This document shows positions 28,479-41,300 of a stretch of DNA of 64,000 bases, piece by piece. The DNA comes from a virus. The DNA is taken from IMG/VR virus record IMGVR_UViG_3300042310_000427, positions 2,371-66,370 of that record; one strand, given 5' to 3'. Under the pieces are notes generated by a model, which saw only the letters and a program-made list of their open reading frames with translations, had not been told where the DNA came from and did no database searches. The first letter of the stretch is position 1. Each line of letters opens with the position of its first letter. The translations under genes and the position numbers were made by a program.

Positions 28479-29234
28479 ATGGCAGAAAAAGTAAACTCTT
28501 GGCTCTCACTTATGCAGGTTGTTCGTTCTTTTATGAATGAGAGGAAAGAAAAATCATTAGCAGGCATTGAAGGCTATTTACAAATGGCAATAGAGGGATA
28601 TTCTGATATGCAAATCTTTGAAATGAATAGCATTGATGTGGCATACTTAGAGGTAAACCCTGATACTAATACAGCATTACTGCCACCTGATTTTATCACC
28701 ATGACTAAAATTGGCGTAAACATTAATGGTAGATTATGGACACTTACCTTAAATAATGAGATACTACTTCCACCTCCAGAAACAATCTGTAGTGAGCCAA
28801 TAACTGCGGTACAAACCGTAAATCCTGTTGGGGTTTATAACTTTGCGCCACATTACAGAAATGGCAGATATGTAGAGGCATTATATGGATTAGGTGGAGG
28901 ATTTAATGTGGCTTATTATAGAATAGATATGAATACAAGAACAATCTATTTTGATGGTAAAGTTCCCAATGATCAGATTATAATGGAATACAAAAGCTCA
29001 GGTGTAAAAGCCGGTGGTGCGATGATACCAAGACAAGCCGTTCCTGCATTAAAAGCATACTTACATTGGAAATCAATTGAGTATGATACCAGAATGCCAA
29101 TGAATGAAAAGGTAAGGAAAGAACAATTGTATGGCATAGAATTAAAGAAATTAACATTGCTTGAGTGTTCATTCACAGTAGATGAATACTTAGACAATTC
29201 TTACGCAAGTTACTCACAAGGACCAAAACGATAA
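28479..29234 (+). CDS. tail ring protein
   Basis: 'LPPDFI' and 'IMEYKSSG...ALKAYL' pattern; synteny. Confidence 0.65.
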   Translation: MAEKVNSWLSLMQVVRSFMNERKEKSLAGIEGYLQMAIEGYSDMQIFEMNSIDVAYLEVNPDTNTALLPPDFITMTKIGVNINGRLWTLTLNNEILLPPPETICSEPITAVQTVNPVGVYNFAPHYRNGRYVEALYGLGGGFNVAYYRIDMNTRTIYFDGKVPNDQIIMEYKSSGVKAGGAMIPRQAVPALKAYLHWKSIEYDTRMPMNEKVRKEQLYGIELKKLTLLECSFTVDEYLDNSYASYSQGPKR

Positions 29235-32200
29235 ATGATTAAAGATATAAGAAATTTTAGTGGGGGATTAGATTTTGATAGTGACCCAAGGAATGTTGCG
29301 CCATCAGATTACATAGATGGATTATGTTTGGCAAGCGGTGTATCCGAAAAGGGTGCAGTTACCAATATGCTTGGGAGTGTAAAAATAGATTATACATTGC
29401 CCGATGGCAACAATACCTGCATAGGTACACTAAGAAACATCAAGCAAAACACTATTATTTATTTTGTCTTTAATGACCTTGGTAATCACTCTATTTTAGA
29501 GTATGATTGCTTAAATAAAATTGTAGAGCCAATCCTTGAGCCAAAAGCATCAATAGGATTTACAACAGATTTCTTAGGATTTACAATAGAAAATAAAATC
29601 CACTCATGTAGCATCTTAGATGATATTCTAACATGGACAGACAATAACGTAAGCCCAAAAAAGATTAACAAAAAAAGAGCAAAGGATTTCTTAAACCAAT
29701 TAACACCAAGTGCAGTAAATATTCCTTATGATAATTTACTTGCAACAGGAACATTAGAGCAAAAACTACAGTTTGTTGAGTTTATAAAATATAAGCCATT
29801 ACCATTAGGATTTATAGAAACAGGTTATGACCCTACAAGGAATACAAACTACATTGTAAATCAAATGCTTCAAATGAGGTATCGTTACATTTATGATGAC
29901 TACGAAACAACAAGATGGAGTGATGCTACAACAGTATCATTGCCTGTTGGCCAAGAAAACGCAAATGGAACAATCTCTTTAAAGACTGCCAATAACTTTG
30001 TAAGATGTTTTGTAAATACAGGACACCCAACAGTAAGGGCAATAGATGTGGCATTTAGATTTGGTGACAGAGGTATATGGGGAAGATTAGATGAGCCAAT
30101 TAAAAAGTACAACAATCAAAACCAAAGATTAATCAATGACTACGAAAGTTATGAAATTAAATTTTATAATGATGGTGTATTGGTTGAGATGGCCGATCAG
30201 ATTGATAACTATGATGCCATACCGCTTGTAAGTAAGACACAATCTATTATAGATGGCAATAGACAAGTGTTTGTAAACAATGTTGAAGGATATGAAAACC
30301 CAGATATTGATGTAAGTGTGGAGCCTATTTTAACAAGCATACCATTGGATACAATTCAAATGTATGCAGGGGATAAAACACCAAGTGCAACTCAGTTTAC
30401 TATTGCACCGGTATTTACTTCAATATTACCTCCAACTACATTTCAAGCGCAAGGTGGTCCAGTACAAAACCCAAACACAGAACCTTACAGACAAATTATA
30501 TGTATCCCATATAGTTCATCAGGAATACTTATCAATAGTGTAATTTCTTTTAAATTAAGACTATCAACTGTACCAAACTTTGCTACAAGTAATGATTTTT
30601 TAATTAACTACACAATTACACAAGATGATTTAGTAAATTGGCCAATCAAGTTTTCAAACAACCTTGCTGTAACAATAAGAAATATTGCTAATCCAAATTT
30701 AGTAATAGAATTTAATGGTACAGCAGCAACTTTAGGGCAGATTAACAATCAGTTTGAAAAAATACAATATGGTGGAATATCAATGAGATATATTACCACT
30801 CAAGATTTTAACAACATTATTACTCTTGCACAATATACAACCATTGAGGATTTTGCAATTACAACACCAACGGAGAGAACAAAATCATTAAAAACAGGTT
30901 CTTATCACCCATTTGGAATTGTTTACAGAGATATACAAGGTAGAGATGGGGGAGTTGTTACTAATGGGGATATGGTCATGTATTTACCTTATCTAACGGA
31001 AAGTGTATTTAAGGGTGCAGCAGTTCCGAATAACCTAAAAAAATACAGACCTCAATTTGTAATCAACCATAGACCACCTCTTTGGGCATACTCATACCAA
31101 ATTGTTTATGCAGGCAATAACCTTAAGAAATTTACTCAGTTTGTTATAAAAGGCACAACCTTTACAAGATTACCTAATGGTAACTATTCTTTAGATTGTA
31201 CTTACATTGTAGATTATATCTCAAAGGATAGAGTACAAACATCAGTTGACTTTCAATTTGAAAAAGGGGATAGATTGAGATTTATTCAAAATGCACAAAA
31301 CTACGCATCAGAGTACATCGAATGTCAAGTGTTAGACTTTGATGAAGCGACAAACGCACTAACAGTTACGCCATTTGATATTTCATTAATCACCAATACA
31401 ATGTCACCGACAACTCTTGAAGGTACATTGGTAGAATTATTCTCGTACAATGAAAATACAGCACCGGAAAACAGACCATACTTTGCTATTGGAGAATATG
31501 AAGATATTATAAACCCAGGAACATTCGATAGATTCCATAGCGGTAATACCCAAAACCAAAACGCAACAAGACCTGCAATATTAAGAGCAGACTTTGGTGA
31601 TTGTTATGTTTATAGAAGGTATTTTAACAACAACTCTATAACAAGAATTGTTGAATCAGATAATTTCTCTGATTTTTACCCAAGCAAAAACATAGGAATA
31701 TCAACTGTGTATGCAGTAATACCAAACGGTACTCAAAAAAGATACGAGCAAATGGTAAGGCATGGTGGTAGATACTTCCAAGGTACAAACACAAACAATC
31801 TATGCCAATTCAATGGTAGTGACTTTGTGGTGCTTAATGCAATGTATGGACCAATCAACAAGGTTGTAACAATGGGTTATACTTTAAAATGCCTACAAAC
31901 TAAAAAAAATACCTCAATCTATATCAATAGAAGCATGGTGTTTAACGCAAATGGTGCAAGCCAACTATCCTTAACAGACACAGTATTGAGTGACTTAAAT
32001 GTAAGCGAACTTGATTACGGATGCGCACACCCAGAAAGCGTGTGTGTAGATGATAGACAAATTTATTTTTTTGATGTCAATACAGGAACAATTATACAAG
32101 ACAGCGCAAATGGGATGTTCCCAATCTCAGACTACAAAGCGCAAACTTATTGGAGAAACATTGCCGAAAATATTAAAAACAGGCCCGATGTATATGTGTA

Positions 32201-32816
32201 TAGTGGAGTGGACAATTTTAACCATTATGTTCATTTTACAATAGAGGATACTGCCGAAACCCCATTAATAGAACCACAAACAATTACCTACCACGAAATA
32301 GAGAACAGATGGAAAAGTTTTATGCCATACCACCCGGAATACTACGGTGCTAATGCACTTGTATTCTTAGCATTTAAGGATGGTGAACTATGGGAACATA
32401 ATTCTAATTTAGTGCCAAGAAATAACTTCTTTGGGGTGCAATACAATACAGAAATCACACCGGTAAGTAATGTTGATTACCCAATAGTGAAAGTATTTAA
32501 CTCAATTGCAATTTATGCCAATAAAGTATTTTCATCACCAGAAATAGGAGATATTACAATCCCTGCAAACGGGAATTACCCTAATGGTATGTCATCAAGA
32601 TTAATTGCAAGTAAATTTAGACCAAAGGAAGGTGTATGGTATGCCGACTACATGAGAGATGGTAATACACCAAACATGGTATTGCAGGACGCATTAATGG
32701 CAGGAAGAAAACTAAGAGGTGAAGTTCTTATACAAAAACTAATAAATACCGATATAGATAAGGTGATATTATATTCTGTAATTGTAAGTTCAGAGAAATC
32801 TGATAAGAGTGGTTAA
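29235..32816 (+). CDS. tail stabilisation/muzzle protein
   Basis: 1193 aa, beta-rich; 'FSGGLDFDSDPR', 'YGCAHPES' and 'KEGVWYA' motifs of crAss/P22 gp10-like nozzle proteins. Confidence 0.8.
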   Translation: MIKDIRNFSGGLDFDSDPRNVAPSDYIDGLCLASGVSEKGAVTNMLGSVKIDYTLPDGNNTCIGTLRNIKQNTIIYFVFNDLGNHSILEYDCLNKIVEPILEPKASIGFTTDFLGFTIENKIHSCSILDDILTWTDNNVSPKKINKKRAKDFLNQLTPSAVNIPYDNLLATGTLEQKLQFVEFIKYKPLPLGFIETGYDPTRNTNYIVNQMLQMRYRYIYDDYETTRWSDATTVSLPVGQENANGTISLKTANNFVRCFVNTGHPTVRAIDVAFRFGDRGIWGRLDEPIKKYNNQNQRLINDYESYEIKFYNDGVLVEMADQIDNYDAIPLVSKTQSIIDGNRQVFVNNVEGYENPDIDVSVEPILTSIPLDTIQMYAGDKTPSATQFTIAPVFTSILPPTTFQAQGGPVQNPNTEPYRQIICIPYSSSGILINSVISFKLRLSTVPNFATSNDFLINYTITQDDLVNWPIKFSNNLAVTIRNIANPNLVIEFNGTAATLGQINNQFEKIQYGGISMRYITTQDFNNIITLAQYTTIEDFAITTPTERTKSLKTGSYHPFGIVYRDIQGRDGGVVTNGDMVMYLPYLTESVFKGAAVPNNLKKYRPQFVINHRPPLWAYSYQIVYAGNNLKKFTQFVIKGTTFTRLPNGNYSLDCTYIVDYISKDRVQTSVDFQFEKGDRLRFIQNAQNYASEYIECQVLDFDEATNALTVTPFDISLITNTMSPTTLEGTLVELFSYNENTAPENRPYFAIGEYEDIINPGTFDRFHSGNTQNQNATRPAILRADFGDCYVYRRYFNNNSITRIVESDNFSDFYPSKNIGISTVYAVIPNGTQKRYEQMVRHGGRYFQGTNTNNLCQFNGSDFVVLNAMYGPINKVVTMGYTLKCLQTKKNTSIYINRSMVFNANGASQLSLTDTVLSDLNVSELDYGCAHPESVCVDDRQIYFFDVNTGTIIQDSANGMFPISDYKAQTYWRNIAENIKNRPDVYVYSGVDNFNHYVHFTIEDTAETPLIEPQTITYHEIENRWKSFMPYHPEYYGANALVFLAFKDGELWEHNSNLVPRNNFFGVQYNTEITPVSNVDYPIVKVFNSIAIYANKVFSSPEIGDITIPANGNYPNGMSSRLIASKFRPKEGVWYADYMRDGNTPNMVLQDALMAGRKLRGEVLIQKLINTDIDKVILYSVIVSSEKSDKSG

Positions 32817-33025
32817 TTACTCGCAATAATACTTAAATCTTTAAGGATAGTAATAACCTCGTGGCAAAACTCTATGTCACGATAGATTGACTTAATAGTA
32901 TCTTCCATGTGATTTGATTTTTTACCTATCTTTGATAAGGCATTTATTGCAAGTTTGTTGTTTTCAATGCGTTCATTATAGGCAGCAATTTCATCGTTAA
33001 TCTTTTTTCTTAGCTCGTTTATCAT
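32813..33025 (-). CDS. small coiled-coil protein opposing the late operon
   Basis: 70 aa; own minus-strand TAGTTTTG a few nt before the ATG. Confidence 0.6.
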   Translation of the reverse strand: MINELRKKINDEIAAYNERIENNKLAINALSKIGKKSNHMEDTIKSIYRDIEFCHEVITILKDLSIIASN

Positions 33026-33119
33026 ACGACAAAACTACTATATTATTTCATAAATGCAAAAAAAATCAACAAACAAATAAAGAATTGGTTATTTTTGTAA
33101 CTGTAATTACAATAAATAT

Positions 33120-33908
33120 ATGGATCCATTAACTATAGCGATGTTAGCAAAACTTGTACCTATGGGTATAAACGCCATAAAAAGCGGTGTTCAAGCAAGC
33201 CAAGCTAAAAAACTTGCACAAACCGAGAGACCTGACTATCAGATTCCAGAGGAAGCATTGCAAGCATTAAACCAAGCAAAGTATTTATCGGGCATGACAG
33301 AATTGCCAGGTCAAAACTTAATGGAGGCAAAGGTTGGACAGAATTTGTCTAAAGGTGTTTCTGAGCTTGAAAGGGTATCAACAAACCCATCCGACTTAGC
33401 ATCCAATGTTGCCAAAATGTATATGAGTGGCAATGAATCTATAAATGATATTGGATTACAAGCAGGGCAACAATACTTAAGAAATCAAGGAATGTTGACC
33501 GATGCCTTGGGAACAATGGCCGGTTATAGAGATAAGCAATTTGAAATAAACGAAATGCAACCTTATGAAAACAACATGGCAGCAGCAGCAGCTTTAAGAG
33601 AAGGTTCTTTTAGAAATGCAAGTGCAGCAGGCCAAGATTTGTCATCAGGCTTATCGGGGTATGCCAATATGGAATACTATCAAAATATGCTTAATGATTT
33701 GAATAAAGGAGAACCCAATCCATATTTGCCTGAAAACAAAACATACAAAGACGATTTCAAGACTATTAAAACAGTTGATGAAAAAGGTGCAGGTGTTTAT
33801 AAGCCAAAAAGCACGAATAGAAAAACATACAATGCTTCATCAAACGATGATGACTATGTAACAACAAGAATACCAAGATCAACAAATCAAAATGTTCCCG
33901 GAAGATAA
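33120..33908 (+). CDS. ejection/internal virion protein
   Basis: 'MDPLTIAM' start, Ala/Gln-rich helical body, position after the muzzle gene. Confidence 0.7.
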   Translation: MDPLTIAMLAKLVPMGINAIKSGVQASQAKKLAQTERPDYQIPEEALQALNQAKYLSGMTELPGQNLMEAKVGQNLSKGVSELERVSTNPSDLASNVAKMYMSGNESINDIGLQAGQQYLRNQGMLTDALGTMAGYRDKQFEINEMQPYENNMAAAAALREGSFRNASAAGQDLSSGLSGYANMEYYQNMLNDLNKGEPNPYLPENKTYKDDFKTIKTVDEKGAGVYKPKSTNRKTYNASSNDDDYVTTRIPRSTNQNVPGR

Positions 33909-33921
33909 TCAATTATAAATT

Positions 33922-35397
33922 ATGTTAGATGGATTAGGATTAGTATATGAAAAAAGAGGGAATACAGGTGCAGCAGCTTATAATCAGCCAAGCAATGATA
34001 ATCCATTTGCGGTAATCACCGAAGATTTACAAGGTAGAGTAGAGGGAATACGCAAAGAGGAACAACGCAAAAAAGACAACATTGATAAAGCTAATGAATT
34101 AATTATTCAAGATATAGACCCTAAAGGTTGGGATATTGATAATAGAAAAATATTTTATCAAAAAGGGTTGGATTTAAAAAAAGAAGCAGCCATACTAAGA
34201 ACAAAAGGCAAGAACCTAAGTGACCCAACAGACCCCGAAGTAATGGCGTTTCAAAGAAAGCAACAAGAGGTTCTTAACCAAGCTAATTCATCCGCAGAAC
34301 AAGGTAAGTTGTTTGACCCTGTTTATAAAGAGTTCATTGCAAAACCTGATAGATACGACCAAGCAAAAACATTAGAGAATATTGAAAAATTCAAGGCATT
34401 ACCGTTTGAAGAAAGAATAAATGTTGACCCAAGAACATTGTTATCTAAAAAGTTTGATAAGTTTGCAGCCGTAAAACCGGTTAAAAATTTTAGTGACTTT
34501 ACAGATGTTAGTCCATTAAAAGGAACAATAATTAGACCTGAAAGAATCAATGCTTACTTAGAAGAACAAATACAAAGTCCTGATGTGCAAGAATCAATAC
34601 AAATGGGTATTGAACAAGGTGCATGGAAAGATGTTGAAGGTTGGAGGCAAGCAATGACTAATCACATTAAAAGTTTGATTCCATTAAAAGCTAATGAGTA
34701 TAGAGAACCTAAAGGTGGTGGCCCCGATGATGAAAATATAAGTATTTCATTAAATCTTGACGAGGTTGCAAATTTACCTTTTATGAATTTAGACCAAAAA
34801 GGTAGGCCAAAAGGGGAGTACACAGATGCTACAATGAGGGCGCCAACTACATTAGGTACAGGTAATTTTACTATTGCATCAGGAGATGTTATTACAACCG
34901 AAAGTGGGAAATCAAGCAGTACCGTTCCTTATTTAATGCCAACAGGCACACTTGCTATTGGCTTAAAACACCAAGGCACAGGAAAGTATATGAAAGAAGA
35001 TGCAGGGGTAAATGTTGTTAGAGATGGCAAGGTAGTAACAATATCAATGCAAGAAGCATTACAAAAAGGTATTGTAAAATACGAACCAGTTGTGTACGGT
35101 ATGGCAAAAACACAAGTTAAAGGCGTATCGGGTAGAGAAGATGATGAAAAAGAAGTGTCAATAACAGTTCCAGCACGAAAATTGAAAAATACCATAACAG
35201 GAGTAGAACCTAAAGAAGCTAAAAATATAATCCTACAAATTGAAGCGGCAGAAAAAGCAGCAGAGGAGTTAAATAGAAAAGCAGGTGTAGGAACAACCAG
35301 ACTAAAAAGCGGAGGTACAAGTGGAGGCACAACAAGCGGTGCAACTAAACAAGGGGGAACAAATCAAAAAAGTTGGACAGCAGATAGCCCAATATAA
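33922..35397 (+). CDS. ejection/internal virion protein
   Basis: 491 aa; position; Gly/Thr-rich C-terminal tail. Confidence 0.65.
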   Translation: MLDGLGLVYEKRGNTGAAAYNQPSNDNPFAVITEDLQGRVEGIRKEEQRKKDNIDKANELIIQDIDPKGWDIDNRKIFYQKGLDLKKEAAILRTKGKNLSDPTDPEVMAFQRKQQEVLNQANSSAEQGKLFDPVYKEFIAKPDRYDQAKTLENIEKFKALPFEERINVDPRTLLSKKFDKFAAVKPVKNFSDFTDVSPLKGTIIRPERINAYLEEQIQSPDVQESIQMGIEQGAWKDVEGWRQAMTNHIKSLIPLKANEYREPKGGGPDDENISISLNLDEVANLPFMNLDQKGRPKGEYTDATMRAPTTLGTGNFTIASGDVITTESGKSSSTVPYLMPTGTLAIGLKHQGTGKYMKEDAGVNVVRDGKVVTISMQEALQKGIVKYEPVVYGMAKTQVKGVSGREDDEKEVSITVPARKLKNTITGVEPKEAKNIILQIEAAEKAAEELNRKAGVGTTRLKSGGTSGGTTSGATKQGGTNQKSWTADSPI

Positions 35398-35399
35398 TT

Positions 35400-38300
35400 A
35401 TGCCAGATAGAAAGAAATTACTACAAGATTTTTACGCAAAATATGCGCCCGACCAAGAATTATCAGACGAAAGATTAAGTGCTATTGATAAAAAGTATGG
35501 TAACAATAATGAACAATTATTGCGTGATTTTTACGCAAAATATGCACCCGACCAAGAGGTAACTCCCGAAAGGATTGATGCTATAAATAAGAAGTATCAA
35601 TTAAATACCACTCCACCAACCGAACCTCCAATACAAAAAACAGGCACTTACGAACCACGCAACAAGGTGGCAGAAATGCTTAACCAACCAACCTCTCAAG
35701 ATATTCAAAGAGAGAAAAGGGGGATAGGTACACAAAAGGAAGTTGTATCAGGAACTAAGGCTCCTGAAATAAAAGTAAAAACAGAAGATGTAGAAAAGTT
35801 TATAGAAAACAAAGCTACAGAATCGGCTTACATTGGAACAAAGCAAGAAGCGGAAGGAAAGGGTTTAAAAAACACACTTGACTTATTCCCTGAAAAATCA
35901 GACAACATTGCCAACTACCTAAATGAAGAATCTAAGGTAGAATATAATTTCTTAAAAGCATTAGAGAATTATGGTAGAGAGGTTAATGAACTAACCGCAA
36001 GAACAGGGGCAACAGGCAATCCTCAAACACAAGCTGACCTACAAAAAGCTAAGTTCAACAAATATAAAACACAAGTAGAGTTAGAAAAGTTTACCAAACA
36101 AAGAAATGCTAAAATTGATGAGGCTATTACCTTAAACGAAAATCTAATAAACTATTTGACCGCACAAGGTGATAGTGAAGAAAAAATTGCCGATGCACAA
36201 AAAGAAATTGTAAGACTACAATCTCAAAAAGAAAACTACCTTCAAAATCCTGACCAAAAAATAATGTCTGTATTTTCTGCAAACAAGCAGGAGATGGATG
36301 AGTTTAAAGTTCCGGGCAATACACCAAGAGAAAGAGTAAAAAACTATGCCTTAATTGTTAATAGACAAATTGAGGAAATTGATGAGAAAATAAAAACAAA
36401 GTTCCCGGGTGAACCATTGGAAAAACCATCATGGACAGGTGGCTATAAAATGGCAACAAGAAGCCCTGAGCTTGAAGTTTTGTGGGAAAGAAAAATGAAA
36501 TTAACTCCTAAGATGCAAGCCTTAGCGCAAGTTGCATTGGTGGATAGAATGCCTACAAAAACAACAGGCGGATTTATAGGTTCTATGTTTGATGCAATAA
36601 GTAAAGAGTTATTACCTGATAAAATGACCCAAACAAACTTGAAAGATTTGTCTATACAAGATGTCGGTAAAATTATTGAGAAAAACCAAATTGCAATGGG
36701 ATTGACTGATGAAATGGTAAAAGAAAGTGCAGTAAAACAAACAAAAGAATTGCAAACACCAACTGAGTTTTTCTCAGCAGAAGGTATGGGTAATTTGTTT
36801 GGAACATCTTTATCAATGATACCTGCATTCACATTAGGTAACAAAGCTACGGCAGCAATGAAGATACCTCAAATGATAAGAATGGCAAGGATGGCATCTA
36901 CAACTACTAAGTATGGTAAGTATTTAGTACCAACCTTAAAAGCATCTCAGCAAGGTATTGAATATGCTATGGCAAAACCATTTTTACAACAAGAAGAACT
37001 TAAAGACGAGGCTAATTTCCTATCAGGGTTCTTAGGTGCGGTACTATCAAAACCAGTTGAAAAAGCATTATCTGCAAAAAATATTCAATCAATGATTGGA
37101 AGTTTGTTTGGCGAAAAAGCACCAATAGTCGTTAATCAATTGACTGTATTGGGGAATAAAGTAGCAAATGGATTTGGGGAATATGGTTCAGAGGTGGGTG
37201 AAACTGTAGGTAGTATTGCACAAACATATTTAGAAACTAAAAACTTTGCAGAACTTAAAAAATCTTTAAACGAGCAATTTGGATCATTAGAGCCAAACAT
37301 GGAATTATTTGTAGGTTCTGTAGTAATGGGTTTCTTTATGGGTAGCGGCACAGGAATTGGTGATGCAGCAATAAATAAATCAAAAGAGGTTTATGCAGCA
37401 ATGACCCCTGAACAAAAGAAAACCGCAGATGAAATCTTAAAGCAATTTAAAGATGATTTAGAAGTATCAGAAGTAAATGCTAAAAGACAAGAAATTGCAG
37501 AAGGCGATGCACCACCAAAAGTAGAGGAAGTAACAGAAGTTGACCTTCAAAATAAACAAGCAGCCATAGAGGTAATACAATCTCCAACTACAAGTATAAA
37601 AGAAAAAGCAGAGGCAGCAAAGATTGTAAGAGATATTGAAGCCAAAGAAAGAGAAGTAAAAATTACTGAAAAAGCATTAGAGCAAGGACCATTAGCAGAA
37701 GGTGAAGTTGTAAAAGAGGAAGTGGTAGAAACGCCTAAAGAGGAAGTTGTAAAAGAAACTCCAATGGCAGAGGAAACTAAAGTAGGTGAATTGGTTGTTA
37801 CTGATGAAGTAAAGGACATAAAAGACGAAGTTACCGATGAAAAAATAGGAGAAAAAAAATATCAAAGCTTTAGTATTGATTTTGAAGATGGTGCAAGAGC
37901 AATCGGTACTATTGAAAACGGAGTTGCAAGTATATCGGGAATCAATGCACCTAAAGCAGAAGGTAGTGCAATTGAGCCAAAAAGAGGAACTAAAACATAC
38001 GAAAGAGTAATTTCCAAGTTAAAAGAAAGTGGCGTAAAAACTATTTCAGTTAAACTGCAATCAACCGATAGCGAAAAAGCTATTGACAAATTAGTTGAAA
38101 AGGGAATACTTACCAATCCAAGAGATATTAGAGGAGGTAGTTTTAATCAAAGGCCAACAACATTTGATATATCCGAACAACCTACCACACCCAAAGAAGT
38201 AACTCCTATAACACCCAAAGCAGGTAGTGTTGGTGTAGGGGGAGATGTTACCGAAGCCGAAAAAATGCAATTTGGTGCAGGGTATAAAGATTATAATTTT

Positions 38301-41300
38301 AAAAAAGAAAATGTACCTATTTCAAAAATTAGAATAACTGAACAACCATCTTTATCAGAAAGAAAAGATTTGGTAGAAGATATTAAAAAGAATGGGATAA
38401 AAGAACCTATTGTAGTTGAGTACGATAAAGAAAGCGATACATACTATGTAAAAAATGGTAACAATAGGGCTGCAATAGCCAAAGAATTAGGCATTACAGA
38501 AGTACCAACTATTATTGCTGAATACAAAAAACAATCCCTCAAAGAAACACCCAAAGAAGTAACTCCTACAACTCCTATCTTAAAAGAAGAAGGTAAGATA
38601 GAGGATAAGATAGAGGAAGCGCCTAAAGAGGTGGTTGAAGCAAAAGTGGAGGGAGTGAAGATTGCTAAAACAAACAATATAAACGGATATGAATTTACAG
38701 ACACGCCATCACTAAAAGATGTTATCGTAAAAACAGTTCCTAAAGAAAACTTAGTTACAGTAGAATCTGATATTTTTTTAACAGAAAATAAAAATTCATT
38801 AGCAGAAGGTGTAAAGAATGAAGGCGGTGGATGGTATAGCATGAAACAAAATGCAGGAGCAGAAGTGTTTTTGTATAACGATATAACCAAAGAGGGAGTG
38901 GTTTTAACCGAAAAAAAGGGAGGAACAATGGGCGTTGTTGTGCAAGATTTTATCAAAAACAATAGCAGAGAAGCTGCCACCACAACCCAAAACAAACCTT
39001 CTCAAACCCCCTTATCTGAACAAAAAGGCCAAAACAAGGTAGAAACTCCTAAAAAAGAATCCTTAAAAGAACAAAAGCCGAAAGCTAAAGCTGAGATAAA
39101 AGCAGAGAAGGAAGCAGAAATAAAAGATAGACTATTAGATAGATTAGCAGCGTACAATAGCCTATCAACATATCAGCAAAACACTCAAAAAAATAGAGAT
39201 GAAATAGTAGATATTTTTGGTGTTGCAAGTAAATACAAATTTACCATAGCAGATGCCAATGTTAAAAGCACCAAGCAATCAAAAAAATACGAACTATTTA
39301 AAGATGGCAAAAAGCAAACAAGAACAAAGGTTGCAACAGAAACTACTAAAGCAACACCTGAACAAGTAAAAGTTGCAGAGAGATTAATAGACAAAGATAT
39401 GGTAACTATGTGGGATGGTAGTCCATACACGCCTCACTTAGATGCAGTATCTTATGGAATAACATGGCAACAGATAAGAAAAGGTGAGCAAGATATTAAA
39501 AATGGCAAAGTTGATTCTGTGCCTGCAAGAAAGTTAATAGAAGTATTAAATCAAATAGAAGCAGATGGCATGGTAAATTTAGTATCAGGCTCAGGTTCTA
39601 TGATGCAAAGAGATGGATATAAACTAAGCGAAGCAAGACAAGCAAACAGAGAAATACCAGAACTAACAGATGAGGACATTGCAGAAATAAATGCCAATGA
39701 AGATGCACTTGCAAAAGAATATGACGAGTGGTTTGAATCACTATCAGAAGAAGAACAAATAAATATATTAGAAGAAAATGAAAACAGAAATCAAAACGAG
39801 ATTGAACAATCTCCCGAAAGCAGAGAAGGCAAAAAGGATGTTTCTAATGAAAAAGATGGAACAAGAGAAAGCCTCCAAGAAAAAGTAGCCGAAGCAGAGA
39901 AAGACCTAAAATCAGCACAAAACAAACTATCTAAGGCAAGACAATCTCAAGATGAGATAGGCAAAGAACAGCAAGTAAATATTTTTGGCAATAAACCTGC
40001 CGATAATAAATTGTTTGGTGCAGATGTATCAATTGCAGAAAAACAAATTAAAAAACTACAAGATGAGGTAGATGCTGCAAAAGAAAACTTAGATAAAGCA
40101 AAGGCTGAATTAGATAATGTTGTTCCTGCTAATCAAATGCAAATGGGATTGGAGGGGGAAAGCGAAACAGCAGACCCATTAAAAAATGTAGAAAACACAG
40201 CAAAGGCGTTAGAGGGTATAGATAATTTTAAGGAAAGATTTTTAGAGTTTTTTGCACCAATTGTAAATAACATAAAAAAAGAACTTCCCAAATTTGCAGG
40301 CAAGGATAAATCAGCAAAAATTGTTGTTATAAATAAAGGTGGATTTATTGGCGACCCTATAACATTTTACAGAAATGGCAAATTATACAAAGGGCAAACT
40401 AAAGAAGTAAAGCAAACTATAAAATCAAGGGCAGATGGTAAGCCAACACAACAAGAAATAAATGAAGCGTTATCTAAAATTGATGATAAAAACCTATTCA
40501 ATGTTGTTGTGTCAAATGAATTTGGTGATGTAGTTTTAAGAGGCGACTTGGTAGTAAGTCCAAAAGAAGTAAGCATAGAGGATGCACAAGCGGAATTAGA
40601 TATTCTAAACGAATCAAAAGCCTTTGCATCCGAAAAAATATTAAACACACCTCAAGGTATTTCCGAAGCATACCATAAAGCAAAGGCAGATGGAAGTAAC
40701 CCAAAACTTGTTCAAGCAGTAGAGGATGCGGTATCTCAATCCACCGAACAAGCCCTAAAAGACACCATTGCCAAAGAATTAAATAAATCAGCAAATGAAT
40801 TGGGTTCCTTTAATATTGGTTCTACAAAACTATGGCTTAGTATGGCTAAACTTATGGGATTGTATTCTAAAAAAGGAGTTACTAAGTTTGGTGATTTTAT
40901 TAAAGCAACAGGATATAAAGCTACATCAGCACTTAAAAGCCTATGGGATGCCATTAGAAATAGAAAACAAACTACAATAAGTAAATCAGTTAAGAATGCT
41001 AAGTTAAGAACTCTTAATGCAAGGGTACTGTTCTATGAGGCACTAATTGGTGTTGACCCTCTTGCAGATGGACAAACACAATTAGATGACATTAAAAATA
41101 CCATAGCAACCTATAAAACACTTGCCATACATGCAAATAAGAATGAAGTACAAGATGTAATCAATGCAGTAGATGCACTAAGTGATTTGTATATTGAATT
41201 GTCAGCAGACTTAAATACAGTTAAAGATAAGATTGCAAGTCAAGCAGCTAATGGACAGCAAGCAATTGAACTTAAAGAAGATTTAACTACAGTAGGTAAA

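Noticed and set aside
38177-38205. Extra late promoter (ACAACCTA inside the giant gene)
   Set aside because: No TTTG at the conserved 17-nt spacing.
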